This document shows, in pieces, positions 1 to 7,444 of a stretch of 24,000 nucleotides of DNA; position 1 is the stretch's first letter; each line of letters opens with the position of its first letter. The notes below the pieces were generated by a model that worked only from the letters and a program-made list of their open reading frames with translations, was not told where the DNA came from and made no database searches. This DNA comes from Allomeiothermus silvanus DSM 9946 (GTDB lineage: Bacteria > Deinococcota > Deinococci > Deinococcales > Thermaceae), in the NCBI RefSeq assembly GCF_000092125.1, contig NC_014212.1, positions 2,542,279-2,566,278 on the forward strand, given 5' to 3'. Position numbers and translations under genes: made by a program.

Positions 1-762
1 TTCAACTTGCTTCCCATCCGCGACCAGCTGGCCAATCGCTGGCCTGCGACCTTCGAGCTGGCCCTTTCCGCCATGTTGATCGCGGTGATTTTGGGAATCC
101 CGCTAGGTATCCTGGCAGCGGTGCGCAAGAACAGCCTGTGGGACAATGCTTCCACCATCTTCTCGCTGATCGGGGTCTCGATGCCGGTGTTCTGGTTGGG
201 GCTTCTCCTCATCTACCTTTTCGCCGTCAACCTGCACTGGCTTCCCCCCAGTGGCCGCATCTCTATCGAGGGGGGTAATGCATTCCAGGCTATCAGCGGG
301 TTTTTCTTGCTCGATGCGCTTCTCCAGCGCAGGGCCATGGGGGACGTGCTCTCTCATCTCATCCTCCCTGCCCTCACCCTAGGCACCATCCCGTTGGCGA
401 TCCTGATGCGCATTACCCGTAGCGCGATGCTCGAGGTGCTCTCGCAAGACTACGTGCGCACTGCACGGGCCAAGGGGTTAGCCGAGCGGGTGGTGATCTT
501 CCGCCACGCTCTCAAAAATGCCCTACTACCGGTGGTCACGATCGTCGGGTTGCAGTTTGGAACCCTGCTGGGTGGGGCTATCCTTACCGAGACCATATTT
601 AGTTGGCCCGGCATCGGTTTGTGGCTTTACGAGGGCATCTTGAACCGTGACTACCCGGTGGTGCAGGGCGGAGTGGTTTTCGTGGCTCTGATCTTCGTAA
701 TCGTCAACCTGCTAGTAGACCTCTCCTACGCCCTGCTCGACCCGAGGATTCAGTACCGATGA
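1..762 (+). CDS. ABC transporter permease, DppB/OppB type (peptide/nickel family); 5' end cut by window edge
   Basis: Frame 1 is open from base 1, so the track's TTG at 7 is not a real start. Multi-TM protein with the permease EAA-type loop 'VLSQDYVRTARAKGLAERVVIFRHALKNALLPVVT'. A DppC-type partner gene follows. Stop TGA at 760-762. Confidence 0.9.
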   Translation, partial: FNLLPIRDQLANRWPATFELALSAMLIAVILGIPLGILAAVRKNSLWDNASTIFSLIGVSMPVFWLGLLLIYLFAVNLHWLPPSGRISIEGGNAFQAISGFFLLDALLQRRAMGDVLSHLILPALTLGTIPLAILMRITRSAMLEVLSQDYVRTARAKGLAERVVIFRHALKNALLPVVTIVGLQFGTLLGGAILTETIFSWPGIGLWLYEGILNRDYPVVQGGVVFVALIFVIVNLLVDLSYALLDPRIQYR

Positions 763-903
763 ACGCCAAAACCCAACACCGGAGGCTCGAAGAAGATCTT
801 GGCTTGTCGATCGTGGAACCCTCAGCGCGGCTTCAAGGGTTCGCTCGCGTGAACCGCCCCCAGGGGAGAAGGGCTTTCCCCACGGACCTCTGGCCCTCTT
901 GTA

Positions 904-931
904 GCGTTAGGCGTTTCGCGTTTTGCGTTTT
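904..931 (+). repeat. Four tandem heptads: GCGTTAG GCGTTTC GCGTTTT GCGTTTT
   Basis: Read directly at 904-910, 911-917, 918-924 and 925-931. The array ends 2 nt before the GAGG Shine-Dalgarno (934-937) of the CDS starting at 942. Confidence 0.85.
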
Positions 932-941
932 GTGAGGAACT

Positions 942-1832
942 ATGGCAAGTGCAGCCGAGATAGTCAAATCCAAACCCTCTACCGAAACCCCTACCCGCCT
1001 GGCGTTTCGGCGCTTCAGCAAGTCCACTTCGGGCAAAATCGGGCTGGCGCTAGCTATCGGGTTGATTTTGATGGCCCTATTAGCCCCGGCCCTCAAGCCC
1101 TACGACCCTACCACGGACCGCAACTATATCGAAAGGCTCAGACCCCCCTCAGCGGAGCATATTTTCGGCACCGATAATCTAGGCCGGGACGTGTTCACCC
1201 GGGTCATCCACGGCAGCCGTATCAGCTTGCGGGTGGGGCTCTTGGCGGTAGGGATCAGCTTGCTGTTGGGGACTTTGCTGGGGCTTTTGGCTGGGTACTT
1301 CCGCGGGGGGCTGGAGATCGTGATCGGCTGGTTTACTGATATTTTGCTAGCCTTCCCCAGCACGCTCTTGGCCATCGCCATCGTGGCGGTGGTGGGACCC
1401 AGCCTGACCAACGCCATGATCGCGGTCTCGATCACCCAGATTCCGGTGTATGTGCGCCTCACCCGTAGCGTGGTGCTTTCCACGCGGGAACTCGAGTACA
1501 TCCAAGCCGCAAACGCCCTGGGTGCTTCTAATCCGCGTATCCTGCTGCGCCACCTGCTGCCCAGCGCTTTGCCGCCGATTATCGTGCAAGCCACCCTCTC
1601 CATCGGCACGGCCACCCTGGAGACCGCCGCCTTAGGATTCCTGGGCCTCGGCGCCCAGCCGCCTGCCCCCGAATGGGGAGCTATGCTCTCCGACGCCTTC
1701 CGCGGCGGCTACGCTACCAACTCACCTTGGACGATGATCTTCCCCGGGCTTTTCATCATGCTCACCGTGCTGGCTTTCAACCTGTTAGGGGATGGGCTGC
1801 GCGACGCCCTGGACCCCCGCGCCTTGCGGTAA
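942..1832 (+). CDS. ABC transporter permease, DppC/OppC type (peptide/nickel family)
   Basis: ATG 942 follows GAGG (934-937) and an in-frame TGA at 933-935. N-terminal anchor 'KIGLALAIGLILMALLAP', then the permease core with loop 'YIQAANALGASNPRILLRHLLPSALPPIIV'. 296 aa. Confidence 0.9.
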   Translation: MASAAEIVKSKPSTETPTRLAFRRFSKSTSGKIGLALAIGLILMALLAPALKPYDPTTDRNYIERLRPPSAEHIFGTDNLGRDVFTRVIHGSRISLRVGLLAVGISLLLGTLLGLLAGYFRGGLEIVIGWFTDILLAFPSTLLAIAIVAVVGPSLTNAMIAVSITQIPVYVRLTRSVVLSTRELEYIQAANALGASNPRILLRHLLPSALPPIIVQATLSIGTATLETAALGFLGLGAQPPAPEWGAMLSDAFRGGYATNSPWTMIFPGLFIMLTVLAFNLLGDGLRDALDPRALR

Positions 1833-1864
1833 AGGAAAGATCTTTCATCTTTCCTCGAGCTTTT
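1833..1864 (+). terminator. Candidate intrinsic terminator after the permease genes (weak)
   Basis: Perfect 9-bp stem AGGAAAGAT (1833-1841) / ATCTTTCCT (1847-1855) with loop CTTTC, then TTTT at 1861-1864. The stem is AT-rich and the U-tract sits 5 nt away, which is weak for a thermophile. Confidence 0.35.
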
Positions 1865-1884
1865 AACATTAAGCGGTTTTTCTC

Positions 1885-1913
1885 TTGAGCGGCGCTTTAT
1901 TTGATTGGATCAT
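1885..1913 (+). promoter_or_regulatory. Candidate sigma-70-type promoter for the lipoprotein gene
   Basis: TTGAGC (1885-1890), 17-nt spacer, GATCAT (1908-1913), in a locally AT-rich gap. AGGA at 1930-1933 precedes ATG 1941. Confidence 0.3.
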
Positions 1914-1940
1914 GCCTTTCCAACCCTTTAGGATAACATC

Positions 1941-2969
1941 ATGAAGCGAATTCTTGAAGCATTGTTGCTGCTAGCCCTGGCAGGTTGTGTCCCGCAAAAG
2001 CCCCCAGCCTACCAGGTGAGCGAAATCCAGGTACTTTTCAGCGACGCTACCGAGCGCCGGGATTACTTCTACGGCGACCCGCAAACCATTCAGGTCAGTG
2101 GCCAGAGCGTGCGCCTGGAACGTGCTGATCCTCAAGCCGCCGGGTCGGTGCCCGAAGCCCTAGCTGCCAATGGACAACCGGTGCTGCGCGAGGTAGCCCC
2201 GCCCTGGCCCAATTCTCTCCGCGCCAGCCGGTCGGGGTCGGCCCTCGTGGTCCGAGGGCAAAGGGCAGTACGCTCAGCCTGGGTATACGAAAACGGCTGG
2301 TCACGGCTCACCGTCCAAGAGGGGCAAAACCTGCTCCTCTCCGGTGCTCCGCGCCTAGAGGGGCTCAGCGAAGCGGAAAATGGGATGGTGTTACAAGAGA
2401 TATTGGCCCGACGAGGAGGGAGGGTGGTGGTGCTCTACCAGCTCGAAGAGCCGGTGCTACCGGCTTTGGTGCTGGACCCGGCTCCGCAGAGCTACCGCAT
2501 CACCGCCGTGGAAGTGCAGTACGGGCTCGAGAGCGAGGGGGCGGTCATGGGAGGGAATTTATCCGAAGTGCGGGTGCTACGGCAGGGGACTAACTCCGCT
2601 TACACCGGCTCTGCTCCGCAGGCTTTCCTGGCTACCTCGGCCAGCAGCTTCGCTCAGATCTGGGCACTGGCAACGGGCAACATCCTACCCCGCCCGGCAG
2701 CACCCGAAGTGAATTTCAGCCAGTACAGCATCGCGGCCTTCTTTGTCGGCCAAAAACCCACCGGAGGATACGGGGTGCGCTTTGTAAGTGCGACCTCGAG
2801 CGCAGGCACCTGGCGGATCACGGTCGAACTCCTCCAGCCCGCCCCCGGGGCCATCCTCACCCAGGCCCTAACCAGCCCTTACCTGATACTCGAGTTGCCT
2901 GGTGCAGCCAGCCGGGTGGAGTTCGTGGACGCTTCCGGGAGGCTGCTGAGTGCGGCCACGGCCCGCTAG
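1941..2969 (+). CDS. Lipoprotein of unknown function with a PrcB_C-like C-terminal domain
   Basis: Signal peptide with lipobox 'LLALAGC'. The C-terminal 'FSQYSIAAFFVGQKPTGGYGVRFVSA...ILTQALTSPYLILELPG' matches my recollection of the PrcB C-terminal pattern (G-x-x-P-T-G-G-Y ... T-Q-A-x-T-x-P-Y). The N-terminal two thirds are unrecognised. Confidence 0.75.
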   Translation: MKRILEALLLLALAGCVPQKPPAYQVSEIQVLFSDATERRDYFYGDPQTIQVSGQSVRLERADPQAAGSVPEALAANGQPVLREVAPPWPNSLRASRSGSALVVRGQRAVRSAWVYENGWSRLTVQEGQNLLLSGAPRLEGLSEAENGMVLQEILARRGGRVVVLYQLEEPVLPALVLDPAPQSYRITAVEVQYGLESEGAVMGGNLSEVRVLRQGTNSAYTGSAPQAFLATSASSFAQIWALATGNILPRPAAPEVNFSQYSIAAFFVGQKPTGGYGVRFVSATSSAGTWRITVELLQPAPGAILTQALTSPYLILELPGAASRVEFVDASGRLLSAATAR

Positions 2970-4135
2970 ACTGCGCTAGTTCTCAGAATCTCCCCTACCA
3001 GATACAGCGAGCCCGTCACCAGCACGGGCTCGCCATCCTGTTGGGCAAAGCGCAGGGCGTCCTCGAGCGCCTCGAGGGGTTCTTCAAAGTAGGGGGCGGG
3101 ATAGACGAGACTCAGCGGCGCAGCTTGAAGGGCCCCCTTTCCGGCCCGGGCGTACCGCACCGAGCGGGCCTTGGGAATTAAAAGCCCCAGCACGGCGGAA
3201 TAGTCCTTGCGGGGGAAGGCCCCGAAAACCAGGTGATAGCCGGAGAACTCCTCGGCGAGCGCTCGGGCTGCCGGGGGGTTGTGCGCCCCGTCGAGGACCA
3301 CCTGTATCCCCTGCTGCTCGAACTCCTGCATCCGCCCGGGGTGAACCGCTGTCCGTAAGCCCTCCACGACTACGCGCTCGGGGAAACCCAAAAGCCTCAG
3401 GGCCGCAGCGGCCAACCGCGCATTCTGGATTTGCACTCGGCCCTTAAGGACCGGGGGAACCGGCAACTCAAAAAGGGGATTTCCGGGCTCGAGCACGTAC
3501 AGCGGGGCCCGCCGCGACTGCGCCACCTCGCGGGCCACCGCCAGACCGATCCCCTCCGCCGCCGTGACCACCGGCACTCCCGCGCGAAAGGCCCCGGTTT
3601 TGTCCCGGGCCACCGCCTCGAGCGACCCCCCCAGGGTCTCGAGGTGGTCCTCTCCCACGTTAGTCAGCACGGTAAGGCACACCTCAGGGAGGACGTTGGT
3701 AGCGTCCAGCACTCCCCCTACCCCCGCCTCCACAGCAGCCATCTCAACCCCTACCTTGGCGAAATGCTCGAACGCCAGGGCCGTAGCCAGATCAAAGAAG
3801 GCCGGATGCTCGATGAAGTTTCGCTCCCTGGCCCACTCCACGAACCGGGCCACCTGCTCCTCGGGGATCAGGCCCTGGTGGGTACGGATACGCTCACGGA
3901 AATCCACCAGATGGGGGCTGGTAGTCGCCCCGTAGCGCCTCCCGGCGGCCCGGAAGGCCGCCTCGAGGTAGGCCACCACGCTCCCTTTGCCGTTGGTTCC
4001 CAAGACGTGGATAGCGGGAAAATGCCGCTCGGGGTGGCCCAGGTGCTCGAGCACCTCCCCCACTCGCTGTGTCCCGCGCGGTGCCCCCGAACGGGTCTGG
4101 TTAAAAAGCCACTCGAGGGCCTCCGAATAGATCAC
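2966..4135 (-). CDS. folC: Bifunctional folylpolyglutamate synthase / dihydrofolate synthase
   Basis: Mur-ligase family P-loop 'VLGTNGKGSV', plus 'VLTNVGEDHLE' and 'VLDGAHNPPAARAL'. 389 aa. Its stop codon overlaps the stop of the convergent lipoprotein gene. Confidence 0.9.
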   Translation of the reverse strand: MIYSEALEWLFNQTRSGAPRGTQRVGEVLEHLGHPERHFPAIHVLGTNGKGSVVAYLEAAFRAAGRRYGATTSPHLVDFRERIRTHQGLIPEEQVARFVEWARERNFIEHPAFFDLATALAFEHFAKVGVEMAAVEAGVGGVLDATNVLPEVCLTVLTNVGEDHLETLGGSLEAVARDKTGAFRAGVPVVTAAEGIGLAVAREVAQSRRAPLYVLEPGNPLFELPVPPVLKGRVQIQNARLAAAALRLLGFPERVVVEGLRTAVHPGRMQEFEQQGIQVVLDGAHNPPAARALAEEFSGYHLVFGAFPRKDYSAVLGLLIPKARSVRYARAGKGALQAAPLSLVYPAPYFEEPLEALEDALRFAQQDGEPVLVTGSLYLVGEILRTSAV

Positions 4136-4242
4136 GAAACAATTGTACGGACTTCTGCGTCTGGAGAGGGGTTAGAAAAAAGCGGTGATGGTCTCCTGCT
4201 CCCCCACTCCTTTCGTTTAGCTCAATAGCGGACCCGGAGCGA

Positions 4243-4272
4243 GGGTTGGGATTTTGGGGAGGGTAGGTAGGG
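4243..4272 (+). other. G-quadruplex-forming motif with five G3-4 tracts
   Basis: GGGttGGGattttGGGGaGGGtaggtaGGG read directly; all loops are 1-6 nt. It lies in the gap between the mogA stop (4332) and the folC start (4135), on the strand that templates both genes. Confidence 0.5.
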
Positions 4273-4331
4273 TAACCCGAGTAAAGAACCTATCCCTTCC
4301 CCGGTAGGGAAGAATGTCTCCTGAGCACCCC

Positions 4332-4892
4332 TTAGTTGGCGGGCCGGAAGACCTGGACCTTGGCCGGGTCGGCCTCGAGGTAGGGGCCTCCGATGAGGTC
4401 GAGACAGTAGGGGATGGCCGGAAACACCGCATCCAGACAGAGCCGGATTGAGCGGGGCTTACCCGGTAGGTTCACGATCAAGCAGGCATTGCGGATCCCA
4501 GCGGTCTGGCGCGAGAGGATGGCGGTGGGGGTCTGCTCGAGCGATACCTTGCGCATCAACTCGCCAAAACCCGGCATCATCCGGCTACATACCCTCTCGG
4601 TAGCCTCAGGGGTCACGTCGCGCACCGCCGGGCCAGTCCCGCCGGTAGTGAGGATCAACCCGCAACCGCCCCTCTCCATATCGATCAGGGTCTCCTCGAT
4701 GAGGGCTTGTTCGTCGGGGATGACCCGGTAGTCCACCTCAAAAGGAGTGCTGAGCACCTCCGTGAGGTACTCCCGGATTGCCGGGCCGCTTTGGTCTTGG
4801 TACTGTCCTCGGCTGGCTCGATCCGAAACGGTGAGGATACCGATTTTAGCGGGCGGGGTTGTGGATTCACCCATGACCTTATTATCCGCCAT
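4332..4892 (-). CDS. mogA: Molybdopterin adenylyltransferase (MogA/MoaB family)
   Basis: Motifs 'IGILTVSDRASRG' and 'LILTTGGTGPAVRDVTPEAT'. ATG at 4892 overlaps the TGA stop (4894-4892) of the upstream gene as TGATG. The track's TTG at 4895 is one codon further upstream. Confidence 0.88.
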   Translation of the reverse strand: MADNKVMGESTTPPAKIGILTVSDRASRGQYQDQSGPAIREYLTEVLSTPFEVDYRVIPDEQALIEETLIDMERGGCGLILTTGGTGPAVRDVTPEATERVCSRMMPGFGELMRKVSLEQTPTAILSRQTAGIRNACLIVNLPGKPRSIRLCLDAVFPAIPYCLDLIGGPYLEADPAKVQVFRPAN

Positions 4893-5401
4893 CAAAGTAG
4901 CGCGGTTAGCTTAACCAGCGCGGCGGCCAGCAACCACCCCCCCGCCCAGGCGAACACCCATAAGGGCCAGCGCCCTAGCAGGATCAGCACGCCCACCGAC
5001 AGGTCGTTGAATACGATCAGGGGGATCAAGGCGACGTGGCCCGCCATCCACTGGGTGAGAAAGCTGGCCTCGAGCAGCTTTTTGAATCCCGAAGGGTCGA
5101 GCCAGGCAGTGAGGCTATTCACCAAGAAGATACTCGAAAGCCCTAAGCGCAACAGCCAAAGCACGTAAAAATCCAGGTTGATCTGCCTAGCGGAGGCCGC
5201 ATAGCGCTCGGGAGCGGGTTTGGCGGAGGGCTCGAGTTGCTCTTTCCGCTTTGTCTCCCCTGCTCCACCGGCCTTAGACAAGGCCATGTCGATATCCTGG
5301 GGCGTCCATCCCTTGGCTTTCAGTACCTGCCGAACCTGTTGGGGGTCCACGGCCTTACGCAGCTGACGCTCGACGTACTGGATCAGCGTATCGGTGACCA
5401 C
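4892..5401 (-). CDS. Hypothetical membrane protein: short soluble N-domain plus DoxX-like 3-4 TM C-domain
   Basis: 169-aa ORF with GTG start at 5401. N-terminus 'LIQYVERQLRKAVDPQQVRQVLKAKGWTPQDIDMAL', a Lys/Glu/Pro linker, then hydrophobic helices. Coupled to mogA by stop/start overlap. Confidence 0.7.
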   Translation of the reverse strand: MVTDTLIQYVERQLRKAVDPQQVRQVLKAKGWTPQDIDMALSKAGGAGETKRKEQLEPSAKPAPERYAASARQINLDFYVLWLLRLGLSSIFLVNSLTAWLDPSGFKKLLEASFLTQWMAGHVALIPLIVFNDLSVGVLILLGRWPLWVFAWAGGWLLAAALVKLTALL

Positions 5402-5505
5402 GGTTCAATTCTCGGCTATTCTCCGCGCTTACCCCACGGTTTTTGCACCCGATCAGGTTTAGATGTTCTTAACTTCACGATTATGCAAAAAATCTCCAGA
5501 AAGCC

Positions 5506-5532
5506 ATAATACGCTGTACGTCCTGCTGTCAA
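5506..5532 (-). promoter_or_regulatory. Candidate promoter for the membrane-protein/mogA operon
   Basis: On the minus strand: TTGACA (5532-5527), 15-nt spacer, TATTAT (5511-5506). Both hexamers are good but the spacer is short. About 100 nt upstream of GTG 5401, in an AT-rich gap. Confidence 0.4.
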
Positions 5533-5568
5533 GATCTTTCTTTAGCGTACGGCGCAAGATGTACGCTA

Positions 5569-7392
5569 TTACCCCTGTGCGTACTGCAACTCGTAGAGCT
5601 TGGCGTAATAGCCGCCTTTGCCGAGCAGTTCCTCGTGGGAGCCCTCCTCCACCAGCTTGCCCTTGCGGAAAACCAAGATGCGGTCTACATGCCGTATGGT
5701 GGAGAGCCGGTGGGCGATGATGATGCTGGTGCGCCCTTCCATCACCCGCCAGAGGGCTTCTTGAATTTTGGCTTCGGTCTCGGAATCCACGTTGGCGGTA
5801 GCTTCGTCCAGGATGAGCAGGATGTCGGGGTTGTGCAGGATAGCCCGGGTGAGGGCCAACAGCTGCTTTTGCCCGGTCGAAAGCCCCCCACCCCGCTCGT
5901 GCAGCACGGTCTGATAGCCCTTGGGCAAGGCCGAGATAAACTCGTCCGCCCCGACAAAGCAGGCGACTTCCCTGATACGCTCGAATGGGATATCTTCGTT
6001 CCCCAAGCGCAAGTTTTCCTCGATTGTTCCGCTAAAGAGGAAGGGATCTTGCAGCACGATCCCTATGGAGCGCCGCAATTCCTGCTGGCAGTAGTCGCGC
6101 ACGTCGGTTCCGTCGATGGTAACCTGGCCCTTCTGCACATCGTAGAAGCGAGCCACCAGGCTAATCACGCTGGTCTTGCCCGCCCCTGTAGCCCCTACTA
6201 GGGCGATCTTCTCACCGGGCCGGATCTTGAAGGAGACCCCCCGCAAAACCCAATCCCACTCTGCTTCAGGGTTTCCATGTGGCTTAGCCTCTTCTCGTTT
6301 ACCGTAAGCAAACCACACGTCCTCAAAAGCGATCTCGCCCCGGAAGCGCAGCACGGGTTTGGCATCGGGTTTATCGGAGATTTCCTCTGGGGTGTCCAGA
6401 AGCCCGAAGATACGCTCGGCAGAGGCCATCGCAGCCTGGAAGATGTTGAACTTGTCCGAGAGGTCTTGCAGAGGTTGAAAGAGTTGTCGCACGTAGTCAG
6501 TGAAGGCCACCAGAAGCCCGAGTGTCACCGCACCTTGAACAACCTGGCCGCCGCCGAACCATACCACCGAGGCCACCGTAAACTCGCCCAAAAAACCCAC
6601 AATGGGAAAAAAAAGGGCAAACCAACCGACGATCTGCACCCAGGCCGCGCGCAGGTCGAGCGAGAGCCGGTTGAAGCGGGCCTCATTCTCGAGCTCGCGG
6701 CTATACAGCTGGGTAGTCTGGACTCCTGCTAGGTTCTCTTGCAAGGAGGCGTTGACCCTAGCCAGCCGCAGGCGCATGGTGCGGTAGGACTCGCGCATCC
6801 CGTTGCGGATCCAGGTAGTGACCCCGAGGAAGATCGGCATCATCACCAGCACTACCAGGGCCAGCTTCCAGTTGAGCACCAACATGAAGGTGACCAGCCC
6901 CAGGATCAAGAACACATCGGCAATGAGGCCTACCAACCCCCCGGTGATGAACTGGTTGATCGCATCTACATCCGAAGTCACCCGGGTCATCAGGCGGCCT
7001 ACCGGATTCTTGTCGAAGTAGCCCAGATGCAGGCGTTGCAGCTTGGCAAAGATCTCGCTGCGGAGATCGTACAAAACGTGCTGCCCGACCCAACTGATGA
7101 GGTAAGTCTGGGCGTAGTTGGCGATAAAGTCTACCACCCGCACCAGCATGAATAGCACCGCCACCCCCAGCAGCACTTGGTAGCGCTGGAGGGCCTCGAG
7201 CGCCCCCCGGGGAACAATGGCGTTATCAATGGCATATTTGAGAAAAAGCGGGGTCGAGGCGGCGGTGAGGGTACTGATCACCAACGCAAAAAGCGCCCAA
7301 GCTACCTGCTTCCAGTAGGGGCGCACATACACCAGGATCCGCCGAGCCAACTTGGCATCGAAAGATTTACGAAAGGCTTCTTCCTCATGCAT
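5569..7392 (-). CDS. ABC exporter half-transporter (TMD-NBD fusion), TmrA-like consensus-site subunit
   Basis: 607 aa with an N-terminal six-helix ABC_membrane domain. Walker A 'GATGAGKTS', Walker B 'ILLILDEATANVD' with the catalytic Glu, and H-loop 'IIIAHRLST'. The signature is the variant 'LSTGQ'. Confidence 0.92.
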   Translation of the reverse strand: MHEEEAFRKSFDAKLARRILVYVRPYWKQVAWALFALVISTLTAASTPLFLKYAIDNAIVPRGALEALQRYQVLLGVAVLFMLVRVVDFIANYAQTYLISWVGQHVLYDLRSEIFAKLQRLHLGYFDKNPVGRLMTRVTSDVDAINQFITGGLVGLIADVFLILGLVTFMLVLNWKLALVVLVMMPIFLGVTTWIRNGMRESYRTMRLRLARVNASLQENLAGVQTTQLYSRELENEARFNRLSLDLRAAWVQIVGWFALFFPIVGFLGEFTVASVVWFGGGQVVQGAVTLGLLVAFTDYVRQLFQPLQDLSDKFNIFQAAMASAERIFGLLDTPEEISDKPDAKPVLRFRGEIAFEDVWFAYGKREEAKPHGNPEAEWDWVLRGVSFKIRPGEKIALVGATGAGKTSVISLVARFYDVQKGQVTIDGTDVRDYCQQELRRSIGIVLQDPFLFSGTIEENLRLGNEDIPFERIREVACFVGADEFISALPKGYQTVLHERGGGLSTGQKQLLALTRAILHNPDILLILDEATANVDSETEAKIQEALWRVMEGRTSIIIAHRLSTIRHVDRILVFRKGKLVEEGSHEELLGKGGYYAKLYELQYAQG

Positions 7393-7444
7393 ATATGCAC
7401 CGCCGATAGCTCTTCGCGAGACCAGCTATGAGCAGTCCCAGCAT

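Noticed and set aside
799-852. 17-codon micro-ORF (TTG 799 to TGA 850-852) after a GGAGG at 781-785 in the permease spacer
   Set aside because: The SD-to-start spacing of about 13 nt is too long and the start is TTG. Hairpins explain the region better, so I treat it as non-coding structure.
3431-4228. 265-aa and 123-aa plus-strand ORFs over folC
   Set aside because: They are antisense to folC, which has unmistakable Mur-ligase motifs. The translations are Arg/Pro/His-rich nonsense.
5399-5425. GGTTCAATTCTC resembling a tRNA T-loop
   Set aside because: The flanking bases do not form a T-stem or an acceptor stem, and the sequence overlaps the start of a CDS. It is not a tRNA.
5635-7155. Several 138-188-aa plus-strand ORFs over the ABC exporter gene
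   Set aside because: They are antisense to a gene with complete Walker A/B, signature and H-loop motifs. High-GC artefacts.
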